In this document: piece by piece, positions 1 through 8,108 of the stretch
Layout of the letters: each line of letters begins with the position of its first letter
Position numbering within the stretch: the first letter of the stretch is position 1
IMG/VR virus record: IMGVR_UViG_3300037506_000199
Location: 1-50,488 of that record
Length of the DNA stretch: 50,488 bases
Reading direction: 5' to 3' (one strand)
Origin: a virus
Taxonomy: Duplodnaviria > Caudoviricetes
Notes under the pieces: generated by a model
Told to the model about the DNA's origin: nothing
Database searches by the model: none
The model's input: the letters and a program-made list of their open reading frames with translations, nothing else
Program-made: the position numbers and the translations under genes

Positions 1-182
1 CAGCACTGGCGCAGCGCCAGCGCAGAACAGCACTGGCGCAGCGCCAGCGCAGAGCAGTACTGGCGCAGCGCCAGCGCAGAACAGCACTGGCGCAGCGCCA
101 GCGCAGAACAGCACTGGCGCAGCGCCAGCGCAGAACAGCACTGGCGCAGCGCCAGCGCAGAGCAGTACTGGCGCAGCGCCAG
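1..182 (+). repeat. 27-bp tandem repeat (~6.7 copies), iteron-like
   Basis: Unit CAGCACTGGCGCAGCGCCAGCGCAGAA containing the dyad CTGGCGC-A-GCGCCAG, in frame within the initiator gene. Confidence 0.9.
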
Positions 183-616
183 AAAAGGAAGATAAAAGAA
201 AAAACCAAATAAAAACAGACGCGGCGAACAAGTCGACGCAAAAAAGCTTGACAGAGTGCAAAAGGTACCAAGAGTTACCAAACGATGTGCGGCAAGTGCT
301 TGTGACTTGGCTGGCCTACAAGGCTGAGCGGCGTGAGGGCTACAAGCCGATTGGTCTTGAGCAGTTCGTGTCTGTCGTTGCCAGGCGGATTGCAGAGCAG
401 GGGGCCGGCTACGTGATCAAGCAGTTTCAGCGCGCCATGTCGTCGAACTGGCAGGGCTGGGACTTCGAGTTACCGGCTGAAGTCGCTCAACAAGTTGCCA
501 AACCGCGTCCGATCGGTTGCAACAATGATCCGATCGTGGAACGGATGCTGATCGAGAATAGGCGCAAGATCAGTAAGCAACATTTGGAAACGTGGCTTGA
601 AATGGGAACGGAATAA
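2..616 (+). CDS. Phage replication initiator, C-terminal part (5' truncated by window edge)
   Basis: Frame open from nt 2 (STGAAPAQN repeats) into the listed ORF 248-616; C-terminal WLAYKAERREGYK...AMSSNWQG resembles phage initiator C-domains; matching N-terminal half at 49916-50488. Confidence 0.7.
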   Translation, partial: STGAAPAQNSTGAAPAQSSTGAAPAQNSTGAAPAQNSTGAAPAQNSTGAAPAQSSTGAAPEKEDKRKNQIKTDAANKSTQKSLTECKRYQELPNDVRQVLVTWLAYKAERREGYKPIGLEQFVSVVARRIAEQGAGYVIKQFQRAMSSNWQGWDFELPAEVAQQVAKPRPIGCNNDPIVERMLIENRRKISKQHLETWLEMGTE

Positions 617-1272
617 TGAATGTGCAAGAATACAGAAGCTGGTTACATGCGTTTCGCGATAGTGTTCCAGGATGGGCATCAGTAGTCGACGACGACGACG
701 AAGACGCGAGGGCGTTGAGGCGCCAATGGTACGAAGATGTATTTTCCTTGTTCGAATTGGATTGCTGTTTGGAACTTAACCGTCGTCTCGCACTCGTGTC
801 GGAGCTAATGGGCTCAGTCACGATTGAGGGGTTGCCGAGCATCTTCGTGAAAATGCTGAATCAGATTGTTGCTGAGGAGCCCGCTAAGCAGCGCGCGCAA
901 CATGTCGAGTTGGTGGAACACGTTGTTCAGAACGCGGTGCTTGGTTCGATGATCAAGTACGTACAAGAACGCATGGTAGCGTTTCGGAAGCTTGACCAGG
1001 AAGCTACGCCAGAGTTAATATCACGCTGGGCGAAGGAAGCAAGCGAGCGTTATGATCATGTGCCGGACCCTCATCCGATGATCCCGCCACGGTGCAATCA
1101 CTGTCGGGACACTGGTGTGATTGGTTATCGCGACAACCATGGTTGTTATTTTGCTGGTGCGTGTCCAGCTTGCGAGCGGGGCAGGAAGTTGCACCAGCAG
1201 CGGATGGATGCAGGCAAGCCGATCAGGTTTGTTCCGCTCTCGGCGAGGATGGCCGATGCGAGCCGCGGCTAG
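616..1272 (+). CDS. Hypothetical protein with C-terminal Zn finger (possible helicase loader/replication accessory)
   Basis: Coupled to initiator (TAATG); CNHC...CPAC motifs; function inferred from position only. Confidence 0.6.
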   Translation: MNVQEYRSWLHAFRDSVPGWASVVDDDDEDARALRRQWYEDVFSLFELDCCLELNRRLALVSELMGSVTIEGLPSIFVKMLNQIVAEEPAKQRAQHVELVEHVVQNAVLGSMIKYVQERMVAFRKLDQEATPELISRWAKEASERYDHVPDPHPMIPPRCNHCRDTGVIGYRDNHGCYFAGACPACERGRKLHQQRMDAGKPIRFVPLSARMADASRG

Positions 1273-1305
1273 GCGCTAACAGCGCCGCTCGCCGAGAGCT
1301 TTTTA

Positions 1306-1340
1306 GTTGCAAGCCTGTGCAATGGCTTCGTAATTTCGAC
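1306..1340 (+). repeat. Solitary CRISPR-repeat-like unit (copy D)
   Basis: GTTGCAAGCCTGTGCAATGGCTTCGTAATTTCGAC, 25/35 identical to array repeat; followed by ATAAGGAG and ATG at 1356. Confidence 0.75.
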
Positions 1341-1355
1341 ATAAGGAGAATTGCC

Positions 1356-1640
1356 ATGCCACCGATTGATTGGATGAAGTTTTTGCAGATTGTTATCGCG
1401 TCATTGAATGAGTGTTTGAATCCCGACGTGAGTTTCACGGAGGCGCAGGAGTACGCGCGAAGTCGGCCGTGGTTGACACGCCGCCGGATCGCAGCGGCCT
1501 TGCGAGATCACCGGATCGGGGCTTGGTCTCCGGAGAACTGCAACATGTGTTACCATGTGTTGACCAAGGCGCCCGAGAACGTGCTGGAGTCGCTGGCCTG
1601 CGGCGAGCTGCAATCACCGCCGGCGGAGTACGCGAGCTGA
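1356..1640 (+). CDS. Hypothetical protein (94 aa)
   Basis: AAGGAG RBS before ATG 1356 (MPPIDWMKF...). Confidence 0.7.
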   Translation: MPPIDWMKFLQIVIASLNECLNPDVSFTEAQEYARSRPWLTRRRIAAALRDHRIGAWSPENCNMCYHVLTKAPENVLESLACGELQSPPAEYAS

Positions 1641-1689
1641 AGTGCGATTGGAACCGACCGACTGACAATCACGACAAGGGGCAGTTAAA

Positions 1690-2460
1690 ATGGGCAGGCA
1701 CGGTAAATGGGGATGGCTGTGGGCCGTATCGATTGTAACGGCCCTAGCGGCTTCGCTGGCGAGCGCGGAGACGAAGCGGGTAGAAAGCCGCGATAGGCTC
1801 GTCGAGCTCGTTACGGAAGCCGCTGGGGCCGCTGACGTTGATTGGGAGGCCAGAGACCCGGTTGGGGCCTCCATGAAGACCTTCCGATGTACCGATGGGA
1901 CTACCCGCGCGGTAATCTGGGTAAGCGGCCCCGGCGCGGTGGTCGTCTCGGATGTCATTGACTGGGACGCCCGGCAGCGGATTAAAACCCAGTGGATCGT
2001 GACCATTGTTGGTTCTGATCCACCCCCTGCTCCGGGACCGTCCCCACCTCCTGCTCCGGGACCGTCTCCACCAGCACCAGATGCTGCTCCTTTTCCAGCT
2101 CCAGGACTGACTGTCGTGATCGTGGGCGAGTTTTCCGATGACAATGCGGTGCGGTCTATGCCGGCATCCCAGTTGGCAATCTTCAACAGTGCGCAAGTGC
2201 TGCGGTGGTGCGTCGAGCATTGTTTTCGTCATGGCAATAGTGATATTGCGTTTCGCAGATGGGATGATGATTACACCGATACCGATCTGCATGTCGTGCC
2301 ACCCTTTCTGAAGCAGGCTTATGTGACCACTAAGCAGGCACGAAAAAATGAGCCGGAACCATGGATTGGTATCAGTGACGGCAAGACGGGATACATAGGA
2401 CCATTGCCCAAAGATATTGCTGGTACGTTGGAGTTATTGGGCCAGTACGGAGGCAAATGA
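1690..2460 (+). CDS. Secreted/membrane-anchored protein with Pro-rich linker; near-matched by CRISPR spacers 1 and 16
   Basis: N-terminal signal peptide (WLWAVSIVTALAASLASA), DPPPAPGPSPPPAPGPSPP linker between two domains. Confidence 0.8.
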   Translation: MGRHGKWGWLWAVSIVTALAASLASAETKRVESRDRLVELVTEAAGAADVDWEARDPVGASMKTFRCTDGTTRAVIWVSGPGAVVVSDVIDWDARQRIKTQWIVTIVGSDPPPAPGPSPPPAPGPSPPAPDAAPFPAPGLTVVIVGEFSDDNAVRSMPASQLAIFNSAQVLRWCVEHCFRHGNSDIAFRRWDDDYTDTDLHVVPPFLKQAYVTTKQARKNEPEPWIGISDGKTGYIGPLPKDIAGTLELLGQYGGK

Positions 2461-3230
2461 TGGCACGAATGATTAGCATCAATGACGTGAATTATCGCCA
2501 GTTCGTCAACCCGGTGATCAATGGCGAAACACGTGTCTGCAAAAGTTTCGGTATGTGGTTGCCGCGTTCACGCGGTGCCCCAAAGCCTTTTGAAGCCATG
2601 GGCATCCCAGTGTTGCCCGAATCGTCGTGGGACGAGCGCATTGAGGAACTCGAGCGCAACGAAGCCACGCTGCGACATTTATGCGATGGCATGGAATTGG
2701 AATGCCTGGACCAAAAGTCCACGTCATATTGCTGGGTGTTTGGTCCTACCATGTGTTGCATGATTACCCGTTTGCGGGAAACTGGCCGCGAATACCGTTT
2801 GTCGCCAGCTTCCGCTGGCGCGCCGATCAAAAATTTTCAGAATCGTGGTGGGTGGGGAGAGGAAGCGCTGAATTATTTCGTAAAGTATGGGTTGAACGAG
2901 CAGGCGGATTGGCCTGAGACAGCTATAGATCGCCGATATTACACGGATGAAAATCGGCGTAAGGCGCTGGCACATCGCGTGCTGGAGTATTATCGCATTG
3001 ACACCTGGTTACAAATGGGAAGCGTGATTTTGCATGGCATTCCGGTTTCCCCTGGGTATAACTGGTGGGCTCACCAAGTAACTGGAGTACATGTGCGCCG
3101 TGGCGACCATGCCCTGTTGATTCGCAATTCTTGGGGCAGGGACTGGTCGGATGATGGCTATGGCTGGTTGGAAGGCAACAAACGTTATCCCGATGGTTGC
3201 GTTGCCATTACTACCATGGCGGCGCTGTGA
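2457..3230 (+). CDS. Papain-like (C1 family) cysteine peptidase
   Basis: QKSTSYCW (oxyanion Gln, catalytic Cys), AHQV (His), IRNSWGRDWSDDGYGW (Asn motif). Confidence 0.85.
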   Translation: MMARMISINDVNYRQFVNPVINGETRVCKSFGMWLPRSRGAPKPFEAMGIPVLPESSWDERIEELERNEATLRHLCDGMELECLDQKSTSYCWVFGPTMCCMITRLRETGREYRLSPASAGAPIKNFQNRGGWGEEALNYFVKYGLNEQADWPETAIDRRYYTDENRRKALAHRVLEYYRIDTWLQMGSVILHGIPVSPGYNWWAHQVTGVHVRRGDHALLIRNSWGRDWSDDGYGWLEGNKRYPDGCVAITTMAAL

Positions 3231-3259
3231 TGCCTGTGCAATGACGTTGTAATTGCCAT
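3225..3259 (+). repeat. Solitary CRISPR-repeat-like unit (copy E)
   Basis: CTGTGATGCCTGTGCAATGACGTTGTAATTGCCAT, 21/35 to array repeat; spans peptidase stop and next start codon. Confidence 0.6.
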
Positions 3260-3446
3260 GAACGAAGAACGTCTAAATTCGTTGTTGGATTCGCAAATTG
3301 ACTTGGGCATGATGTTGCATGTCACAAAAGTGCAGCTAGACAAACTGATCGAGAAAGTTCGCGAACTGTCCGAACAAGTGGCCAGCATGCGGGTGGAATG
3401 CCCGTCATGCCCGTCATGCGCGGCAAAGAAAAAGGAGAAAATATGA
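3258..3446 (+). CDS. Small coiled-coil protein with C-terminal CPSCPSC
   Basis: ORF in operon context with heptad pattern. Confidence 0.6.
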   Translation: MNEERLNSLLDSQIDLGMMLHVTKVQLDKLIEKVRELSEQVASMRVECPSCPSCAAKKKEKI

Positions 3447-3721
3447 TGAAACATGTCTTCTGGTTACTGTTGTTATTGACCAGCACAACAAGTGTCATGG
3501 CGCAAACTTGCGGTTCGTCTTGAACGCCGTCGCAGCGCGCGAGTGTCGCGCCCAGAAGGCTGTTGCCGCGTTGGCAAAGCCGTCGCGCGGTTATGAGGAG
3601 TTCGCAGGTGATGCCGCAACGGATGACGCAGACCGTCCGTTTGGCGCCTGCAGTGCCGCAAGTGCAAAACCAAGTGACGAAGAACAAGCAGTTCGCTGTA
3701 TGGTTTGATGATTTGCACTAA
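3443..3721 (+). CDS. Putative secreted peptide with in-frame TGA at 3521 (candidate selenoprotein or nonsense allele)
   Basis: AAGGAG RBS; MMKHVFWLLLLLTSTTSVMA-QTCGSS-TGA, then the frame stays open to TAA 3719-3721; hairpin directly after the TGA. Confidence 0.5.
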
Positions 3722-3775
3722 TGTTGGTCGATTCGCCGTGGGGCTTCGTATGCGCAGAACCAAAGGAGAAACAAA

Positions 3776-4069
3776 ATGAAAATGGTGATTCGCGGTTTGT
3801 GTGTGTGCTGTGTATTGGTGGCCATGTCGCAATTGAAAAGCCATGGCGCAGGTATTGAGTTGTGTCGTTCCGACAGCGGTCACGATTGCATAGCCATTGG
3901 CTGTGGTACCGCGTGTGCAACAACACCGCATGATCACACTGCGTGCGCGATGACGTCGCATAATTGCACCGCGCGCAAGATGTCTCGGCACGAGCACGGC
4001 AAGGCAAAGTGGTGGAGTCGCGGGCCAGTGCGCAGAGGATTGCGCGCGTTACTGCGTGGCGGTTGCTGA
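3776..4069 (+). CDS. Small Cys-rich, probably secreted protein
   Basis: AAGGAG RBS, hydrophobic N-terminus, many Cys. Confidence 0.65.
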   Translation: MKMVIRGLCVCCVLVAMSQLKSHGAGIELCRSDSGHDCIAIGCGTACATTPHDHTACAMTSHNCTARKMSRHEHGKAKWWSRGPVRRGLRALLRGGC

Positions 4070-4321
4070 TTGTGTCTCGCGGTTCTCGCGGTTCTCGCGG
4101 TTCTCGCAATTCTGCTCGAACCGGGATACTGTGACGTGCAATCCCAGGGCCGTGGCGATCCGTTCCAGGCGCGACAGTGTCGGGGACTCTTGCCCCGCCA
4201 GCATGCGAGATAGATGTGCGCGACTACACCCAGTCGCCCGCGCCAGCCCCGCGATGCTACGCCCTTGGCGGCGCGCCTCCGCGCGCAGGATGTCGATGAT
4301 CGCGTCAGGGGTATCTGTCAT
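4049..4321 (-). CDS. XRE/Cro-C1 family HTH transcriptional regulator
   Basis: GRSIAGLARATGCSRAHLSRMLAGQESPTLSRLERIATALG; AGGAG RBS before ATG 4321. Confidence 0.88.
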   Translation of the reverse strand: MTDTPDAIIDILRAEARRQGRSIAGLARATGCSRAHLSRMLAGQESPTLSRLERIATALGLHVTVSRFEQNCENRENRENRETQSATATQ

Positions 4322-4353
4322 CTCCTGTCCTCCCCTTGTCGGTAGTCTCCGGT

Positions 4354-4383
4354 AGCGTACCACATCGGGGTCGACGGCGTCAA
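4354..4383 (-). promoter_or_regulatory. sigma70-type promoter of HTH gene
   Basis: TTGACG-18-TACGCT with a CCCGATGT half-site in the spacer. Confidence 0.55.
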
Positions 4384-4411
4384 GAGCGTGACCCAGCACC
4401 GATACAGGCTA

Positions 4412-4465
4412 TTGACACGCTGTCCCCGATCGGTGATACTGCGGTCATGTCCGGCCTACATCGGG
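4412..4465 (+). promoter_or_regulatory. sigma70-type promoter with operator-like inverted repeat
   Basis: TTGACA-17-GATACT; CCCGATCG-N25-ACATCGGG straddling the -10 and predicted start site. Confidence 0.7.
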
Positions 4466-4500
4466 CCGGTGTACTCAGGCTACCTCACTGGAGAAATATC

Positions 4501-4959
4501 ATGAGCAAGATTAAAGACGTGTACTACAAAGAGTGGTGCTATCAGCTCGAGCGCGCCCAAGCAGACCCACAGCTCAGCGATGAGCCGCGCGTCTGCTGCT
4601 GGCTGATGCTGCCGACCTCCTCGAACGACCTGGTCGATCCGAGGTATCGGTTTGGCACGCGCTGCGAGCTAGCTGGTGCCCCCATCACTGCGGAATGGGG
4701 GGAGATGGCTGCGTGCCAACCATCGTGGGGCGTCTCGCATCGATGCATCGGACGCTGGTTCGATGTCGAGCTGGACGATGCGCCGAGTACGATGACCTAT
4801 GCCATCCTGGAGGCGCGCGCTACAGCATGGGCGCACGCTGAGTTCGATCGGCTCGATGGGTATGTGACGTGCCGACGACTGCGCCATGAACAAGCCAGTG
4901 TCGAGCCACCAGCGGAGGATGTGGAGGATCTGGAGGATGTGGTGCCTGCTAGAGTGTGA
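4501..4959 (+). CDS. Early hypothetical protein (paralog of 5899-6744 domains)
   Basis: GGAG RBS, ATG 4501; LPT...RYRFGTRCELAGAPITAEWG motif shared with 5899-6744; acidic tail. Confidence 0.75.
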   Translation: MSKIKDVYYKEWCYQLERAQADPQLSDEPRVCCWLMLPTSSNDLVDPRYRFGTRCELAGAPITAEWGEMAACQPSWGVSHRCIGRWFDVELDDAPSTMTYAILEARATAWAHAEFDRLDGYVTCRRLRHEQASVEPPAEDVEDLEDVVPARV

Positions 4960-4971
4960 GTGTGACAACAA

Positions 4972-5011
4972 CAAGGCCCCTCGTGGTGTTGCCACGAGGG
5001 GCCTTGGTTTT
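4972..5011. terminator. Intrinsic terminator between convergent early genes (possibly bidirectional)
   Basis: 15-bp perfect stem CAAGGCCCCTCGTGG/CCACGAGGGGCCTTG followed by GTTTT. Confidence 0.8.
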
Positions 5012-5025
5012 GCTAGCTGTTGCTC

Positions 5026-5496
5026 CTATGCCTCGTTCTCGTCCTCGGACATCTCACGCGCCAACCATCCCGGCTCATACGTCACGCGCGTCAGACCCTG
5101 CTCGCCCGTCTGTGGATGCTGTGCCCACGTATCCGTGGTCATGCGCATACCGCAGTGCCGGCAGATCTCGTGGATGATCACCCCACCTCCATGTCCCCAC
5201 ACGCCCGGATTCTCGCGCAGTCCGCCCAGTATCTCGTGCGGCGAATACCACGAGTGCTCGTGACCCGGCTCGCAGGGTGGCGCACTCGGATGCAGCGCCA
5301 CATCCACCACCGTGCCCGCATCGCGATCGCGGACCGGCAGCACCAGTGCCGAGACGTACAGCGTCTCCTGCTCGACATGTGGCGACCACCCCTCACGTAG
5401 CCATTGTGCGGCTCTCTTCTGAGCCGCCGCTACACTCCTGCTGCGTATTCGGATGTATTCCCCCGTGTCCTGGTCAATGATTTCGTAGGTTGTCAT
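5026..5496 (-). CDS. Early hypothetical protein (paralog of 5493-5912)
   Basis: MTTYEIIDQ...AQKRAAQWLREG...PPCEPGHEHSW...CRHCG. Confidence 0.75.
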   Translation of the reverse strand: MTTYEIIDQDTGEYIRIRSRSVAAAQKRAAQWLREGWSPHVEQETLYVSALVLPVRDRDAGTVVDVALHPSAPPCEPGHEHSWYSPHEILGGLRENPGVWGHGGGVIIHEICRHCGMRMTTDTWAQHPQTGEQGLTRVTYEPGWLAREMSEDENEA

Positions 5497-5912
5497 GCTC
5501 CAGTCTCCTCTGATGATAGGGTCGATAGCTCCGTCTCCATCAGCCATGCGCTGTCGTACAGCACACATTCCTGGGCGCCATCCATCACTGTCGTCTTGGT
5601 CTCACGACATGTGCGGCACACTGCGACGTCATAGCGATCGTCCTCACATGGTAGATGCTGCCAGTCATGCTCGCCGTCTGCTGTGCTGCAGCGCGGCTCG
5701 GTCGCCGGTAGCTCCAGCCTCACCGTCTCCGCCCTGCCAATCGGGTCGCCGTCTGCGCCCAGCGCCCACATCTGCCCTGTAACCCAGCGCGTGTACGGCG
5801 CCGGTGCATGACCCTCTCCTAGCCATGCACGCGCACGTCGCTGTGCTGACTCCATGTCGCGCGACCAGATCGTCGTGTGACCGTCTACTCGCTGTACTCT
5901 ATAGCGTGGCAT
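5493..5912 (-). CDS. Early hypothetical protein (paralog of 5026-5496)
   Basis: MPRYRVQRVDG...AQRRARAWLGEG...PRCSTADGEHDW...CRTC; GGAGG RBS. Confidence 0.75.
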   Translation of the reverse strand: MPRYRVQRVDGHTTIWSRDMESAQRRARAWLGEGHAPAPYTRWVTGQMWALGADGDPIGRAETVRLELPATEPRCSTADGEHDWQHLPCEDDRYDVAVCRTCRETKTTVMDGAQECVLYDSAWLMETELSTLSSEETGA

Positions 5913-6744
5913 TGTCCTGCCCTCCAGTGTGATCAGTCGCTCTCGCCGGCAGATCGGCTGCGATCAGCGCCATCTGGCGCCGACGTATCTGCTCGCGCAG
6001 CTTGGCCAGGTCGTCGCCAGCCCAGGCATGAGCAGATGCCTCCAGTGATGCATACGATGGACCGCGGAATTGCTTCTCGCGCCCCACAGCGCAACGGTCA
6101 GCGTCCTGCATAGTCCCCCAGTCACACACCAGCGGGTGGCCTGCCACGCAGCAGCGCCACCCATAGCGGTACTGTGGCGCGAGCAGCAGCGGCCTGTCGT
6201 CGGTCTCGCGGCTGCCCGGTAGCCAGATGCGCGCAGCGACGATGACGTCGTCGCTCACCTCCACGTCGCACTGCCCCAGGCGGATGACCTCGTAGTCGCC
6301 GAGTGGCGCGGTCTCTGCCTGGGCGCAGGCCTCTGCTGCGGCACGAGCGGCCAGCGCAGCGGATAGCCGGTCTAGCTCCGTGCGCGCCCATCGAGTACCT
6401 GCTGCCTCCATCTCGGCGTAGGTGGCGCCGTCGAAGCGCGCGTGTGCCGAGCGCATGTGATGTATTGCGCCGCACCAGCTGTCGTAGGGCACGTCTGCTA
6501 TGGAGCCCCAGCTGCACGAGAGTGGTTCACCTGCGATCTGGAGTCGATGGCCGAACCGCAGTCGTGCCGTCAGCCAATGCTTCTCAGGCTTGTTCGGCTC
6601 GTCCTCCCGATCGTCCTCCCGATCGGTCGGCAAAAATATACGCGCGAGCACATAGGGTGTGTCGCCTTCGTCCGGTGGAGGCTGATGGTGTTCGAGAGCG
6701 TAGTGCCCCGGACCATATGAGATGAGCTTGGGTGTGTTGTTCAT
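5899..6744 (-). CDS. Early hypothetical protein with two internal repeats
   Basis: AGGAG RBS, ATG 6744; RIFLPT...RLRFGHRLQIAGEPLSCSWG and RIWLPG...QYRYGWRCCVAGHPLVCDWG. Confidence 0.78.
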   Translation of the reverse strand: MNNTPKLISYGPGHYALEHHQPPPDEGDTPYVLARIFLPTDREDDREDEPNKPEKHWLTARLRFGHRLQIAGEPLSCSWGSIADVPYDSWCGAIHHMRSAHARFDGATYAEMEAAGTRWARTELDRLSAALAARAAAEACAQAETAPLGDYEVIRLGQCDVEVSDDVIVAARIWLPGSRETDDRPLLLAPQYRYGWRCCVAGHPLVCDWGTMQDADRCAVGREKQFRGPSYASLEASAHAWAGDDLAKLREQIRRRQMALIAADLPARATDHTGGQDNATL

Positions 6745-6773
6745 GTCATGTCTCCTAGTGCATAAGCTGCCTG

Positions 6774-6827
6774 CCCGATGTAGGCCGGCTATGTCCACAG
6801 TGTATCACATCGGGTGCAGCGCGTCAA
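6774..6827 (-). promoter_or_regulatory. sigma70-type promoter with operator-like inverted repeat
   Basis: TTGACG-17-TACACT; CCCGATGT-N25-ACATCGGG; shares CCGGCCTACATCGGGC with the promoter at 4412. Confidence 0.7.
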
Positions 6828-6965
6828 GTCCTACTACTGTGACCACCACCACAGCGCTATGACAGCACTGGCACCACACACTGACACCAGGAGACTGCTC
6901 ACCGTCCGGCTCCAGTCCCAGACTACGCTCTCGCCGCACCGGACACGGGCTTGGTTCAGCTGTGA

Positions 6966-7205
6966 GCTGTACAAATTCTGTACAGCAAACCCGCTGCTGT
7001 ACAAATTCTGTACAGGACATCGCTGTACCAGTGCTGTACCGTCCAGCGCCTGCGCCTGCGCCTGCGCCTGCGCTGCGCCTGCGCCGAAATATCCCTGCGA
7101 CTGCCCTGCGCCTGCGCCTGCATTGCCCTGCACTGCGCCTGCGCCTGCACAGTTCCTGCGCAGGACCTGCGCTGACCTGCACAGGACCTGCGCCGGACCG
7201 GCGCC
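6966..7205. repeat. Non-coding repeat cluster: two GCTGTACAAATTCTGTACAG dyads and a (GCGCCT)n-like microsatellite
   Basis: 20-bp copies at 6966-6985 and 6996-7015; GCGCCT/GCACCT-type hexamers ~7046-7200. Confidence 0.8.
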
Positions 7206-7300
7206 GAGGGGCCCCTGACACACGCTCGTTTGGGTTTCCGCTACACGGTCCAAGCGGTTCAGCTACTCATCTAAACCCTTTCGGCGCCGTCCCGTTTGGC

Positions 7301-7356
7301 GCCTGGACCAGATCAGGAACAGGTCAGGGCCTGGACCAGATCAGGAACAGGTCAGG
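7301..7356. repeat. 28-bp perfect tandem duplication
   Basis: GCCTGGACCAGATCAGGAACAGGTCAGG at 7301-7328 and 7329-7356. Confidence 0.9.
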
Positions 7357-7360
7357 TCAG

Positions 7361-7395
7361 GTCATAATCACCAAGCCATTATGCAGGCATTGACG
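7361..7395 (-). CRISPR. Solitary near-perfect CRISPR repeat (copy F)
   Basis: Minus strand CGTCAATGCCTGCATAATGGCTTGGTGATTATGAC, 32/35 to array repeat. Confidence 0.9.
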
Positions 7396-7755
7396 GGGCC
7401 AGGCGCAGCAGGTGAGCAGGGACGGCCCCCTTACCCCCAGCGGCTAGCTGGTCTAAAAGGGGGGGGCCATTCGGACGGCCGCCGAGCCATTTATATTGGA
7501 GCCGCTCGGCATCACCCTTGGCTCCCGGACGATGGCCGTTGATGGGACGGCCTTACCGTTTATGGGATTTATTTATGCTCGCACCACCATCGAGCGCCAC
7601 CACCGGTACTACCGGTTGGTTCTGGGCTTTGTGGGTTTTGCGTGGCTCTTGCTTCATGGGGGTTCTTGGCCCCTCGGCCAGCGGCCGCGCTACGATAGCT
7701 GTTGCCGAACAGGCGGCTATGACCCGGGATGGGCGACTGCCTTCCGGGCGTGTCG

Positions 7756-7834
7756 GTTGCGAATACGCAGCCATTGCACAGGCATTAAGTCGCAATTACG
7801 TCACAATTACGAAGCCATTGCACAGGCAAAGAGA
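7756..7834 (-). repeat. Two adjacent CRISPR-repeat-like units (copies B 7800-7834 and A 7756-7790) plus a partial copy
   Basis: Both contain GCCTGTGCAATGGCT on the minus strand; 25/35 and 21/35 to array repeat. Confidence 0.7.
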
Positions 7835-7854
7835 AGCTGTACAGCAGCTTAGGT

Positions 7855-7883
7855 AGTATATAGGACGGCTGGAGTGAGTGCAA
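7855..7883 (-). promoter_or_regulatory. sigma70-type promoter directly upstream of repeat-like copy B
   Basis: TTGCAC-17-TATACT. Confidence 0.6.
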
Positions 7884-7886
7884 GAA

Positions 7887-8093
7887 TTATTGCAGATCGA
7901 GATTATTTTTGAGCCGGTCGTTAAGTTCCATGACCATGGCGATATTGGAGATGGCGTTTCCGAGTTGGGCGAAGGCGTAGTCTTTTAGCAGTTCGTCATC
8001 ATCGAGGCGTGCCAGGAGCCGGCTAACGGTTTTGAGGATTTGTTTGGTATCGAGTGGCCCGTCATGGGGCTCGTGGTTTAGGTTTTTTGACAT
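7887..8093 (-). CDS. Hypothetical protein (68 aa) flanked by repeat-like units
   Basis: MSKNLNHEPHDG...; helical, low-GC ORF between copies C and B. Confidence 0.6.
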   Translation of the reverse strand: MSKNLNHEPHDGPLDTKQILKTVSRLLARLDDDELLKDYAFAQLGNAISNIAMVMELNDRLKNNLDLQ

Positions 8094-8108
8094 AACCGTA
8101 TTACCGTG

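Noticed and set aside
6805-7393. Overlapping ORFs on both strands
   Set aside because: Arise from stop-free microsatellite DNA; no RBS or protein-like composition.
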